DNA from: Octopus bimaculoides
Taxonomy: Eukaryota
Assembly: GCF_001194135.2 (NCBI RefSeq)
Contig: NC_068981.1
Location: 93,475,406 to 93,539,405 of the forward strand
DNA length: 64,000 nucleotides
Reading direction: 5' to 3'
The translations under genes were made by a program, and so were the position numbers. How positions within the stretch are numbered: the stretch's first letter is position 1; each line of letters starts with the position of its first letter. The notes below the pieces were generated by a model. It was not told where the DNA came from. It worked only from the letters and a program-made list of their open reading frames with translations, and did not search any database. This document shows, piece by piece, positions 35,459-49,210 of this stretch.

Positions 35459-35870
35459 TTCTTTTATTCTTTAACTTGTTTCAATCATTTGACTGCGGCC
35501 ATGCTGGGGCACCGCCTTTAGTCGAGTAAATCGACCCCAGGACTTATTCTTTGTAAGCCTAGTACTTATTCTATTGGTATCTTTTGCCGAGCCGCTAAGT
35601 TACGGGGACGTAAACACACCACCATCTGTTGTCAAGCGATGGTGGGGGGACAAACACAGACATACAAACATATACACACACATACATATATATATATACA
35701 TATATACGACGGGCTTCTTTCAGTTTCCGTCTACCAAATCCACTCATAAGGCTTTGGTTGGCCCGAGGCTATAGTAGAAGATACTTGCCCAAGATGCCAG
35801 GCAGTGGGACTGAACCTGGAACCATGTGGTTGGTAAGCAAGCTACTTACCACACAGCCATTCCTGCGCCT
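35459..35870 (-). mobile_element. SINE family B, full length
   Basis: AGGCGCAGGAATGGCTGTGTGGTAAGTAGCTTGC head to CAAGTTAAAGAATAAAAGAA tail. Confidence 0.94.
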
Positions 35871-35874
35871 ATTT

Positions 35875-36117
35875 ATTCTTTTATTCTTTTACTTGTTTCA
35901 GTCATTTGATTGCGGCCTTACTGGATCATCGCCTTGAAAGGTTTTAGTTGAAGAAATAGACCCCAGAATTTATATTTTGTAAGCCTACTACTTATTCTAT
36001 CGGACACATTTGCCGAACTGCTAGATTACAGGAACAGGAAGACACCATCATTGGTTGTCAAATGATGGCGGGGTGGGGATGGGAGGCAAATACACACACA
36101 CACACACACACACACAC

Positions 36118-36149
<32 letters not shown>
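35875..36149 (-). mobile_element. SINE family B 3' half (5' part in gap)
   Basis: Second tail copy directly adjacent to the 35459-35870 head. Confidence 0.85.
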
Positions 36150-36351
36150 NNNNNNNNNNNNNNNNNNNNNNNNNNNNNNNNNNNNNNNNNNNNNNNNNNN
36201 NNNNNNNNNNNNNNNNNNNNNNNNNNNNNNNNNNNNNNNNNNNNNNNNNNNNNNNNNNNNNNNNNNNNNNNNNNNNNNNNNNNNNNNNNNNNNNNNNNNN
36301 NNNNNNNNNNNNNNNNNNNNNNNNNNNNNNNNNNNNNNNNNNNNNNNNNNN

Positions 36352-36975
36352 GGGTGGGGCATCGTTTCCCGTTCAAACTGCTCCAGCCTTTGAAATGTCA
36401 TCCTCATTATATGTGGCTGAGCATTATCCTGATGGAAGAACACGTTTCTTTTTGGAACCAAAGACGTTCGTTTTTCTTCTAGCGCTAACTTAAATGATTG
36501 GTTGAACGACCAAATCCAAGCGTCTCTGCTAGTTCTTCAACAGTTACGACGGGATTTTGTTCCACTAGAGTTTGCAGGAAGTCCTCATCGAGCTCTACAG
36601 ATCTTCCAGGACGAGGCTCGTCTTCTACCCTGTAGTTTCCGGCTCGGAATTTCTGAAACCACAGTTGACACTGGCTTACGCTTATTGTCTGATGTATTAA
36701 AATACCTCGCACTTTCCATTGCGTTGTTGCCTTTATTGAATTCATAAAGCAAAATATGCCGAATATGCTCCTTTGTCACTTCAATTATAGCTTTCAAAAA
36801 AATAACTGTTAAAGTCGAACTGCACTCTTCAAAATTTGCACTAAGTGTAAGACAAAAAAAGGAAAATTACTACCTGCTTTTATGGCAAGTTGATGCAAGT
36901 AGTTTATCCTGTCCCCACACCCCGCTTTTAGTTCATGCAATTGAAAAAAACCACATTATTTATGAGTTGACCCAA
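36352..36975 (-). mobile_element. Mariner transposon remnant, internally deleted
   Basis: TIR TA|TTGGGTCAACTCATAAATAATGTG; KEHIRHILLYEF, WFQKFRAGNYRVEDEPRPGR, FFHQDNAQPH. Confidence 0.88.
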
Positions 36976-38460
36976 TATTTATGCTGCTTCTAATATGTGT
37001 CTGGTGGTTTGCCCATCCTAACTCTGTCTGACATTTTCCTCAAGTGGGAATAAATTGCTTATGGTACCGTAAACGTCTGTCTTTTAGCATTACTAGCGAC
37101 TTACTTAAAAACCATGCAAATGAAGAAGGGTCTATACGACCGCTTGAGCTACTAGAAATAGCAACTAAATCCCCATCAGTTCAGTGGGGTGGATGGGGAT
37201 TTTGTTGCCTATTTATAGCAAAGGTAGGATGTTGAAAAACGACATATTGAATTATAAAGTCCATAATATACAGAATAACGGGATAGTCATTAATGGAACA
37301 CATTTATCGATAAGTCTGCAGGTTTAGAGCTGGTCTGATCCTATACAACAATAACAATAATGCTTTTATCTTTATCATTGAGCCATTAAAGCCGCCGCCT
37401 ATGAAATGCTTCGATACGCTAAAAACAGCAGCCATCAACTCACACCCCTAACCTTTTTCAGAAAAGAAGAGCGCATTAAGTAACACCCTCAATTTGTCCA
37501 AAAGTAAACATGGGACCATCATAGTGGAAGAGTTTAGGACTGGTTTAGGGATAAATAGTAATAACAACAACCTATGTGAATGGAGAAAAGACTGGAAGTT
37601 CAATATTCCATAATGGATAGTGCAGAGTGTCAGACCCTATGTTTAGATCTTTTTTATATTTTGCGCTGAAATTTTCCTAGTTTTGGGTTTTACTATGTCT
37701 TTTTCCAGGATTGATGATCAAATAAAATCCAGTAATATTGCGAGCTGGTTCGATCAATTATACCGATTCTCCAAAGTCATTACCGAATGCCAAAGTTAAA
37801 ATCAGTTGTTGAAAGCAATGATGATTAATTTTAGACGATATTATAACTATGAACCAGCGGCAATTAATTTTAGATAATATTATAACACCTGAATAACTTG
37901 ACACACGGAAATAGCATGCTTCACAATGTTTTAAAGTTATCAATATAAATTTTTACTGTTAAAATTGTCATTAATAAATATCTTCGTTGGTCTGGAACAC
38001 TTCTTTGTTTTGAAAAGATTTATTTTCCTTGTGAAAACAGAAAATTTTCTATTCAACAAGAGACAGCTCGTTAATGGTAAAATAAATATGATATATGATA
38101 GTTATTTTAGCGGGGTGTATAAATTGAGTATAGGCTTAACTTTCCATGATTTATATAGATTTTAAAAGTGCATTAAATAGGCATATGTGCTTCTGCTTCC
38201 ACAGCTACCGAATAAGAAAGTGTATATCACCTAGTTTAAATAGTCATTTGCAAAGATTTCATTCCATTTCATTTACATTATTAATGTAATTAAATTTCCA
38301 GAGCGTGATGCCACGACCTGTACAGACACCCCACACCACATTCTCATAATACACCCCCTGGTTGATTGGCATAAAGTCCTTCGCCAACAGACTGCAACAG
38401 CTTTTCTAGCTACGACCTGTAACCCTGCTCTGCATTTTCTGTCTCTACAATGTTGAGAAC

Positions 38461-38860
38461 AGTGGAGGCGCAATGGCACAGTGGTTAGGGCAGCGGAGTC
38501 GCGGTCATAGGATCGCGGTTTCGATTCCCAGACCGGGCATTGTGAGTGTTTATTGAGCGAAAACACCTAAAGCTCCACGAGGCTCCGGCAGGGGATGGTG
38601 GCGAACCCTGCTGTACTCTTTCACCACATCTTTCTCTCACTCTTATTTCCTGTTTCTATTGTGCCTGTAATTCAAAGGGTCAACCTTGTCACACTGTGTC
38701 ACACTGGGTCACGCTGAATATCCCCGAGAACTACGTTTAGGGTACACGTGTCTGTGGAGTGCTCAGCCACTTGCACGTTAATTTCACGAGCAGGCTGTTC
38801 CGTTGACCGGATCAACTGGAACCCTCGACGTCGTAAGCGACGGAGTGCCAACAACAACAA
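38461..38860 (+). mobile_element. Full-length SINE family A with 12-bp TSD
   Basis: A/B boxes, (CAA)n tail, TSD AATGTTG(A/G)GAAC at 38449-60 and 38861-72. Confidence 0.93.
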
Positions 38861-39430
38861 AATGTTGGGAACTACTCCAATAGTAATAATTTCGTATTAC
38901 TTTCATTCAACTTCTTATCACACTCTCGGCTCTTTCTCTCGTACTAGTCACTATTTCTACTCTTTACTTCTCAAAACATCAACCACTAGACTTCTTTCCT
39001 TGTCCATGTTTTTCCTGCAGTTCTCTAAGCGTAACATTAATGGATCGGTCTCACCAGTTTCTGAGATTCTGCGTAGATTATTAGCGCAGCTTCTTCCACC
39101 CGGCCAAATTATGGGAAGAATTTCCTTTCACTAGAAGTCAATTTAAATAATTCATATTTGAACATTAAAAAGATCAGTTTAATATTGTTTGCAACCTTTG
39201 GAGAGCGCTACAAGATATGAGGTATGAGGAAATCTCCTGGCAAGCCGTGACTACAACGCAGTCTTAATTTACGATTGAAAACAGTTCATGAAATGTCACT
39301 AAAATAGAAATATTTCAGTATGAAATAAAAATCACAGGAAGCCTTCGGAAGCTTTACTTAAGTACTTTATGCTCTTTCTTTCATTCTTTCTTTCTTTCTT
39401 TCTTTCTCTCTCACTCTCTCCCTCTCGCTT

Positions 39431-39476
<46 letters not shown>

Positions 39477-39914
39477 ACACACCCACACAAACACATATAC
39501 ACACACANNNNNNNNNNNNNNNNNNNNNNNNNNNNNNNNNNNNNNNNNNNNNNNNNNNNNNNNNNNNNNNNNNNNNNNNNNNNNNNNNNNNNNNNNNNNN
39601 NNNNNNNNNNNNNNNNNNNNNNNNNNNNNNNNNNNNNNNNNNNNNNNNNNNNNNNNNNNNNNNNNNNNNNNNNNNNNNNNNNNNNNNNNNNNNNNNNNNN
39701 NNNNNNNNNNNNNNNNNNNNNNNNNNNNNNNNNNNNNNNNNNNNNNNNNNNNNNNNNNNNNNNNNNNNNNNNNNNNNNNNNNNNNNNNNNNNNNNNNNNN
39801 NNNNNNNNNNNNNNNNNNNNNNNNNNNNNNNNNNNNNNNNNNNNNNNNNNNNNNNNNNNNNNNNNNNNNNNNNNNNNNNNNNNNNGAGAGAGAGAGAGAG
39901 AGAGAGAGAGGGCA

Positions 39915-40107
39915 TCTGTCCCTACCACAGCTTGACAACTGGTGCTGATGTATACGTCTCGTACCTTAGTGTTTCGGCAAAAGAGACGCATAAAAGAAAT
40001 GCTAGGCTTGAAAAGGAACTAGGATCGATTCGTTCAACTAAAAGAATTCTTCAAGGTGGTGCCCCGCGTGACCGCTGTCTAATAACTGAAACAAGTAAAA
40101 GATAAAA
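39915..40107 (+). mobile_element. SINE family B 3' half, degenerate
   Basis: TTGACAACTGGTGCTG...TTCGGCAAAAGAGAC...CTGAAACAAGTAAAAGATAAA. Confidence 0.75.
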
Positions 40108-41992
40108 TATATAAGATAATTATGCCCGATAACATTTCAAGTAGTTTTAACATATAGCGAATATAATTGTGAAGACCCTTATTATTTATTATATTGCGAT
40201 ATTGCTCTATTTTTTAGAATTATGAAATGATAATTTATTCAATAGACTAATATCTCCGCATTAAAAATAGGGAATTAATTACTGCTTATGACATAATCAA
40301 AATTGTACTAATAATTTCTTAACAAATGAGAGGGGCGTGTCGATTCTCCTACTTACAACGAGCTAACGAAAGAGCCTGGCCGTGCCTCCTCGAAACAGAA
40401 GCCAAATCTTTCAAATCACCATCTTAACTATAGTATACTTACCAATCTCTGGTATACATAAATAAGGCATTATAAAACCTGAAATCTCTTTCGAAATAGG
40501 TTCACTTGGTTAAGGCAAACATGAGGTTAAATTATTCTTTCTAATTATTGTCTGTGTAAAGGCCTGAGTAGTTATAACATTTGTATTTTCCTTATGACTT
40601 TAACATCCTTAATTTTGAGAAGACAGAGAAAACTACCTAGTTACTTAGCCCACTTATTGAAAATATTTATTTTTATTATAAGCTATGACAGTCGGTAGGA
40701 TAGGATTTTAACCTGGAAGAATATTTAGGTTAAATTCAAATGGTTTAGGTATTTCATTTTCCGTTTATTTCATCGTTCTTTTATTCCTTCAAAGTGATTT
40801 ATACTAACATTAATGGGATTACGCATTTAAAAGCAATTCGGAAAAAATATAACTACATTAATGTTTTCGTAATTACTTTTTTTATACGTTTACATTGTTG
40901 TTTTCATATATGCACTTCTGTTTTTTAATATACATTTTTTTGTCATTATAATAGCTTGATACTTATTTAAACATCCAAGGCATCAATTTTAGATAAGTCT
41001 CCTAAATATCTTAATATTACTCTCTATATCACTCTTCCTCTTTCTTCATCTCACCCATATTCTGTCACACATTTTCTCATTCTTTATGACTAGAAAAATA
41101 AACAGAATTTTTTCTTTATGTGTGCTGAGGGGTGGGTTGTATTTCTGATGCATAGTAGCTTTCAACATCCTATGAGTATTGCATTACTGAAATTATTATT
41201 TATGTATAAAAATATATTAGTAAACACTTTATGAGTTATAACATAGCAAGGATGCTTGTTTGCTCGAACCTATATATATATATATTACTTTTTAGTCCTA
41301 TACTGCCTTATTTTTGTTTTGATTTTTTCGTTCACATTAGAGTTACTTACATTTATGATGTCCTAAAGAGCAAACCATAGCAACAGAAATACAATTGCTA
41401 GTTTCTTTCTGACAATAATATTAATGTTTATTTTCTTCAGAATATTTCTGTACTTCTCACATCAGAATGTCTACTGATATTTTGTACTGTATCTCTTATA
41501 GCCAACTTAATATATCCCCATGGATAAACGGAAATATTACAGTAATAGATATTGTCACGTTGGATACTGTTTAGAGTTTATACAAAGCATAGTCAATTAT
41601 TACTTTGTATTATTACTATCACTATCGGTGTCATTTTTGCTAGTTATTGTAAGCCGCCATTGTTATTTACTCACTAAATTATATTATTTCACGAATAATA
41701 GACGTAGTCATGTATCCAGTCTGAAACGTTTATCAATAAGTATTTATCTTTCAGTTTTGTATATTTTCTTGATTTATTATTATATCGTGTACTGCTAGAT
41801 GTTATCATTGTCATATTTCTCTCTATTAGTTTGAGGTTGCCATTGAAATATTTGATCTCAGTCATTTATGCAATGTAAATGCTCGATGCTTTTCTTGATT
41901 GCTGTTTCTTTCCTTCCAATTTCTCAATCGTACAGACTCCACTAGACCTTTGTGGTCGATACAAACAATTATCATTATTAATATTAATAATA

Positions 41993-42225
41993 CGGCGATC
42001 TGACAGAATCGTTTTCAAGCGAGATAAAATGCTTAGCAGCATTTCGTCCGTCTGTACTTTCTGAGTTCAAATTTCGCCGAGATCGACTTTGCCTGTCATC
42101 CTTTCGAGGTCCATAAATTAAATACCAGTGAAACACTGTTGTCGATATGGTCGACTGATCCCCTCCCACCAAATTTCAGGCCTTGTGGCTTTAGTAGAAA
42201 GGATTATTATTATTATTATTATTAT

Positions 42226-42282
<57 letters not shown>
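41993..42282 (+). mobile_element. SINE family C with (ATT)n(AGT)n tail
   Basis: GGCGATCTGACAGAATCG...AAATGCTTAGCAGCATTTCG...CTGAGTTCAAATTTCGCCGAGATCGACTTTGCC...GTAGAAAGGATTATT. Confidence 0.87.
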
Positions 42283-42284
<2 letters not shown>

Positions 42285-42783
42285 CCATTCATTGCTCCTT
42301 TCCAATATATGTAGCCTTTTACATAAGCTATGTGTCAATCGGGAGAACCCTGGAGTAGCTAGTTACCTCTGGTTTCGCGCTGAGTTTATATTCCACCAAA
42401 AGTGTTTGCCTTTAATCGATCTCAAATCACTAAAATAAAGTATCAGCCAGATACTCTGATATAATTGGCTGTTACCTCTCAACAAATTTCTAGACTCGTT
42501 CTTATGCTAGAAAAAAATTTAAATGTCATTAGATTGCCAGAATAGATGGAGTGTCAGGAAAAATATGCCTTGTGGTATTTATTCCGGCTCTGATTTCTAC
42601 ATTCTCGGTTAAAATCCCACCCAACTCAACATTACTCTTCATCGTTTTTTCGGTCGATTAATATAAAGTCAAGTACTGAGGTTAATGGTATCGATTACTC
42701 CCCACAACATCAATTTTACAGTAGAAGTAGCACTTTTTCACTAGATCGTCTTATGGAAGTTTTTTTCATTTGTCCGTGTGTGT

Positions 42784-42820
<37 letters not shown>

Positions 42821-42867
42821 GTGTGTGTGGTGTGTGTGTTTGTGTATGTGTGTGTGTGTGTGTTGTA

Positions 42868-43175
42868 AAGGCGCGTAGCTTAGTAGATAAGTTATTCGGC
42901 TCACGATCGTAAAGTCGTGAGTTTGATACGCGTTTTCTCCTAGAGCAAGATACTTTATATCACGTTGCTCCTGTCCACACACCTGGTAAAAATGAGTAGC
43001 ACCTGTATTTCAAAGAGCCAGCTTTGTAACACTCTGTCACGTTGAATCTCCCTGAGAACTACGTTAAGAATACGCGTGTCTGTGTCGTGCTCAGTCACTT
43101 GCATGCTGATTTCATGAAGTGGCTGTTCTATGAATCAGAACAATCGGGCACCCGTCGTTTTGACCGACGGGGTGC

Positions 43176-43177
<2 letters not shown>
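42868..43177 (+). mobile_element. Mosaic SINE: family D-type head/core with family A-type 3' tail
   Basis: GAGCAAGATACTTTATATCACGTTGCTCC core (as at 14323) followed by CCTGAGAACTACGTTAAG...CGACGGGGTGCCA (as family A). Confidence 0.7.
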
Positions 43178-43249
<72 letters not shown>

Positions 43250-44007
43250 CTGCTTGTGTATGTGTTTATGTGTGTTTACGTTTCACTAAGAGGCATCTTT
43301 CGAAATGTTTGCTAATTGTTCACATTACTATGTGCAGGTGAATGGTTTATCTTTAAAAATATTTCATTAGTTACATATCTTTGGCAAACGCACATTTGCA
43401 CCAGCTGAATAATGGACGTTTCAGACGTATCGAGAATATATGCTCATTATAGTTGTGAGAGCCGTAGCCTAAGACTAAACAAATATGCCTCCATTTATTT
43501 TCAAACGGAAAACTATAAGGAGAATTCATATCCAAAAATAGTAAAGTTGGAAAATGAAACAAACCAAACCCCAAGTTTGTGTTGTAACACATTGATTTGA
43601 CTGGTAAAATGCAACAGGCTGAGCTACAATAAAACCCACTATGACAACAGCATTTTATCTTTTGCAAACGTTGTAGGGCATAAGACGAAAACCAGCCTAT
43701 TAAACGACTGGATAAATGAAGTATATCTATCACAAGAAGCAGTACTTTTAAGCTCAGTAAATGCGTCCAGAAATAGCGAGAAAGATAACACAGCACTGTT
43801 TTTCAAACTTTGGTATGAGGGACCCAATTACACTCGAAAAGGGTGTTGTAGGACGTCTTGACTGCCGTCGGTACTTGGTATTTAAGAGCAGGAATCAGGC
43901 AAGGAGACATGATTGCGAACAGAAATATTGGCATAATTGTCACATCTTCGATTGTGTAACAGCACGAACACAATGTAAGCATAACGTTAATATACAGCAG
44001 CATGTAG

Positions 44008-44096
<89 letters not shown>

Positions 44097-45080
44097 GGAC
44101 GGGGCTGTCTGAATATCTAGGTCCTAAATTCTTCGCATGTGTAAGTTACCAGTATTTGTATGTTTTTCCTTACCACCTTACAAATATATTGCATTAGGTC
44201 TTGTCTACCCCTTTTTTTTATAAATACACTCTATGCATACACATATGTACCTATATACACACACATATATACATATATACATACGCATATATATATACAT
44301 ACGCACATATATACATACGCACATATATATACATACGCACATACAAACGCACATACATGCATACGCGCATACATACATACATATATACACACATACATAC
44401 ATACATACATACATACTTACAAATAGATATACATGTACCTAAGTGATCAGATGATCGTGTTCATTAACCAGATTCGACTATTTTTCACTTAAATAAGTGT
44501 TTGATAATCGTCATCTGGAAAATTTCCAATGTGAAAATCAACTGATTCAACCGAAACAAATTCATGTATGCTGACATGGTATTCACATTTTTTTGCTATT
44601 TCTACAAACACACATACAGTCAGACACACATACAGGCAACACACATACAGGCAAACGCACATACAGATAAACATACATACAGGCAAACGCTACTCACATA
44701 CTGCACACACTACACACACACACACACACGTACACTACACACAGACATATACTATACACACTACACACACACGTACACATACGTGCATACACACATGCAT
44801 ACATACGTATACATTAATATATAAATATATGCGAAGCCCAAACAACTGCCTTCATCCTGCCAAATTTCAGTCAGTACGAAATACAGCTGTAGTGTGAGAC
44901 ACATTCTCAAGCTTCTGCGTTATGAGATCGAATCCCGAACATCGTATCAGCGAAGTGAACTTGTTAACCTGACTGCACTGTACCCACGTTACCTTGTTGC
45001 TTTTAGATATTAGACTATTTTATTATATTGCATAAGTTGTTCATTTGTTATTAATTATATTTGGGCATTTTTTCTTTGAC

Positions 45081-45157
<77 letters not shown>

Positions 45158-46736
45158 AGGTTTTAAATTTGTAAGAGTTTCTACCTTTTTAAACATACAA
45201 ATTTAAAACCTTGGAAATATAAACAATGAGAACGACCCTTAAGGAATCTAATTAATGATCCTTTGGGGTGAAGTCTTATGCTATATTGGTAACGATTGCG
45301 ATATTTACTGGAAAATTATATATATATACCATATTTGCCGGTATGCAAATCGAATACTTCATTCCAAAATTTACTGCCAAAATGATGTAAGTCAACTTGT
45401 ACACCTAGATGACTTTGGAGAAGGGAAACTTTCGTGTGAAATACAGTATTTGGAGGGATCGTGACGATGATTGAATGCTTACAGTACATGTTTATACAAT
45501 ATAATAGGTCGACTTGTGGAACATCTAAGTATTGTAGCTGCCGACCCTGTTATATCTGCCTAGAAATTTAGTATTTTCGAGAGCTGAAAATAAAATAATC
45601 AATAATTATTTGATATTACTTATAATTTCTATTTCTGTTGGTTAGTCATTGACCTGGTGCAGCAAAAATCAACTGTCACAACTGGGATGTTGTTGCGTTT
45701 GATATTTACTCACGTCGATTTTATCCACAATTGATAAACATGATAAAGAAGTGACTTTTTCCATTATCTTTCCCATAGTATAATTTGATTTTCTTTCCTT
45801 GATATTTTCCCTTTTTTTATACTTTTCTGTTACTCCGTCTTTCCCGATTTATCAATAACTTCCCTTCAGTATACTTATTTTCCAAATTATATCTCATTGT
45901 TTCTTTACAGAGCAGAAACTTACGTGTGCTTGTCATTTTCCCATTTTATACCCTCTTATTAAGCTAATCAGCCTATATTCACACTCAAAGTCCACATTGT
46001 CAACTATGTAATACTTTATATTGTATTCTCTTTCTGTTCCTGTGTACTTGATAGGTATATTATATATTTGTATCATCTTTTACGGTGACCTCCTAATGTA
46101 TTTAGTAGTTTTCTGATTTTCCTATTTGTCTTAGTCTGCTCACTACTCTTCCAATTAATTATATTAAATCTTGAGAAATTACGTATTACTCTAAAGCTTT
46201 TGTATATATACCTACTGTCTGCCTATTTCAGAGATTCAGTTTGGTTTTAATACTACGCTACACATCTGAAGCACCATTTTTTCTAATTTGTTTATCCATT
46301 TCTCTCTGTTGTAATTAATCAGTTTCATCTATCTATCAAATTATCAATTTCATCAATGGGTGTTTTTCAAAAAAGTTTTAATTTAAGCGTCTAGATCGAA
46401 CTTAATATGTTGAACTTTTATTAATTTAGCTTTTCTTATGATAGCTATAGTATAATTAATTAACCATATACTTATTTTCAGGTCACTGATAAAGACAAGT
46501 GCATTTCGTTTTATATCAAGCAAGTTATTGTCTCTTGTCTACATTATATATATATATATATATATATATANNNNNNNNNNNNNNNNNNNNNNNNNNNNNN
46601 NNNNNNATACATACATACATACATACATACATACATACATACATACATACATACATACATACATACATAGATCGCTAACCAATACACATTCTTTTTTTTT
46701 CTCTCCGTGTTTCTCTCCTTGTTTCTTTCTGTATTC

Positions 46737-46772
46737 CTTTCTGTGGAAGAGCGTAGGCTCGAAACGTTAAAG
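46737..46772 (+). ncRNA. Ultra-minimal hammerhead-like motif (A6U core variant) in a short interspersed repeat (about 46690-46865)
   Basis: CUUU CUGUGGA a GAGC GUAG GCUC GAAA CG UU AAAG: stems I and II are perfect, stem III is the palindrome ACGU. Confidence 0.55.
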
Positions 46773-47210
46773 ACTTTTACACTTCCCGAGTGTTATACTC
46801 ATACATTTGTTTGTTTTCTACACCACCTGTCTTCGTCTTTTGTTTTTTTATGTGAATTCTCCCTATATATATATATATATATATATATTACATGGAATAA
46901 TCCGTGCAAGAAAAATAATATTCTTGAACTTATAAACCTGGAAAAGTACAGACGTTATTACACTTGGAAAAGTTTAGGACATGTTATCACATCTGGTAAA
47001 ATACAGAACGAGAAAATTCTTACCAAAATATTGCAGCAAAGGCTAAAATTTTTTTCTAAATATTTAGATTTAGAAAATATTAGCTTTTATTAAAACTAAA
47101 AATTTTATTACAAGTTATTACTTCTATTTGTTATTATTTGTTACTTCTATTAAAAATTTTAAATAACTCAAAATATTTTTTGCACTTTAAAAAAATTCAT
47201 TTTTTACTTA

Positions 47211-47616
47211 TTATTTTACTTGTTTCAGTCATTTGACTGCGGCCATGCTTGAGCACCGCCTTTAGTCGAGAAAATCGATCCCAGGACTTATTCTTTGTAA
47301 AGCTAGTACTTATTCTATCGGTCTTTTTTGCCTAACCGCTAAGTTGCGGAGACGAAAATACACCGGCATCGATTATCAAGCGATGCTGGGGAGGCAAACA
47401 CAGACACACAAATATATACACACACATACATATACATATATATGCATATATACGACGGGCTTCTTTCCGTTTCCGTCTACCAAATTCACTCAGAAGGCTT
47501 TGGTCGGCCCTATGCAATGATAGAAGACATTTGCCCAAGGTGCCACGCTGTGGGAATGAACCCGGAACCATGTGGTTGGTAAGCAAGCTACTTACCACAC
47601 AGCCACTCCTGCGCCT
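47211..47616 (-). mobile_element. SINE family B, full length
   Basis: AGGCGCAGGAGTGGCTGTGTGGTAAGTAGC head, GGGTTCATTCCC B box, standard tail. Confidence 0.94.
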
Positions 47617-48040
47617 ATTATTAATTGATTAATAATTAAAAAGTTGAAAATAGGTTATTAAAAATAATAGTAGTACATTATTAGTTAGGGAAATAAATAG
47701 AATACAAAAATTAGTTATATATTACAGTAAAATCTACCTATAACAACAAATTCACAGTAGAATTTGCTTGTATTATTTCCTACATTATTGCCAAGTCTTC
47801 ACATTTTTAGTCTTGACACAATGTATATTTTTTACAGAATTTGCCTACCATATATAGTATTCTACTTTGCATAAAACTTTAGCTATATTGGCACTTCTGA
47901 TCTCATTTTTTAAAATGTTCTAGTGAGTCAATATTTTACCAAAATGATGGCACCTTTTTTAATTAGTATGTTACTTGGTAAATTGAAATCTAAATATTCA
48001 AATTTTATCGTTAGCTGCAATATTTTAAGTAAAAATTTTC

Positions 48041-48118
48041 TTGTTCTGTACTTTACCAGATATAATAAATTGTCCTGAACTTTTCCAAGTGTAATAACTT
48101 GTCCTGTACTTTTCCAGG
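48041..48118. repeat. 29-bp tandem repeat x3 (TTGTCCTGTACTTTTCCAG.TATAATAA)
   Basis: Unit starts at 48041, 48070, 48099. Confidence 0.8.
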
Positions 48119-48185
48119 TTTATAAGTTTAAGAATATTATTTCCTTTGCTCGCATTTTTTCATGTAATCCATGATTTATTCCAGG

Positions 48186-48473
48186 CTACGCTATTATGCT
48201 AAGTAATAACGTGTCAATTTTTCTTCTATATTTAGCTTCGGCTTCAGCATATTTTCTTTTCTTCATTTCTCCTACATCCAGTTCATTACCTCCCCAATTA
48301 TTATTATTACCCTTTTTATTAATCCCAGGCCCCGGATTCAATTCTACCCCACCAATAATGACTAACATTAAAATTAAAGCATGCAAGCGATATTTATTAT
48401 AAAAAATTGAGTGCTTGCTTTGTGTTAATATATAATTATTATATTGAAACAAACTACAACAAAAAACGCGCAA
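48186..48473 (-). other. Short ORF with 2A-like motif (LMLVIIGGVELNPGP), probably a decayed mobile-element N-terminus
   Basis: The motif codons at 48327-48353 follow a hydrophobic stretch; the ORF ends 46 codons after the final P; no recognisable downstream domain. Confidence 0.55.
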
Positions 48474-48796
48474 AAGATATAATGTGATAATTCATCTTAA
48501 AAATATATTCTTAATTAATTGAAATTAATTAAGAAACTAATTCTAATATAAAGAATATTTTCAGGATAAATAAAAGAAAAGCTTTTTGTGAATTTCAGAA
48601 GTCGTATTCTGAACTATATAGTGGCAAGCCTAGTAAGAAGAGTGACAAATGAAAAGTGAAAAATAGAACAATTAACAAGCAACTGATTAAAATAAGAAGA
48701 TAGATTGATTATCAATGAAATTATGAATGTGAAAGAGTTATGAGTGTGTAGATTTTATTTTTTAATTGAAATATTAATACAATAAAAAACATATAA

Positions 48797-49210
48797 TTTA
48801 ATGAGACGAAAACTATGAAATTCCTCACGATGTCGTTGATAATTTTTCCTTGCCGGTGATATATATGAAAAGTCACCTTATAGAACTAAATCCATAAAAA
48901 GGTGTAGAACTATATTATCACCCTCAAATTTGAGAAACAAACACTCATAACTTTTTCTTTTAGGACTTCATTGCATGAGATTGTTAATTGACGTACAAAA
49001 ACAATAAAAAATATTCAACTTAATGGGACGAAAACTATGAAATTCCTCGCGGTGTCGTTGATAATTTTTTTCTTACCTCAATGATGCGATGACATATATA
49101 AAAAGTCCCCTTAGAATAAAGAAAGTGAATAATTATATTATCACCCTCGCATTAGAGAAACAAACATGCATAACTATTTTATTTTAGAACTTCTTTGCAT
49201 GCGATTGGTA
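48797..49210. repeat. Diverged tandem duplication, period about 222 bp
   Basis: GACGAAAACTATGAAATTCCTC at 48805 and 49027; partial third copy at about 49412. Confidence 0.8.

Noticed and set aside
45327-45395. TACCATATTTGCCGG... resembling a Tc2/pogo-type terminus
   Set aside because: Highly degenerate, and no partner TIR
46470-46510. TTATTTTCAG acceptor-like site as a host exon
   Set aside because: No supporting reading frame or donor; such sites are common in AT-rich DNA
47900-47930. CTAG as a Helitron 3' terminus for the 2A-ORF element
   Set aside because: No GC-rich subterminal hairpin and no A/T insertion context
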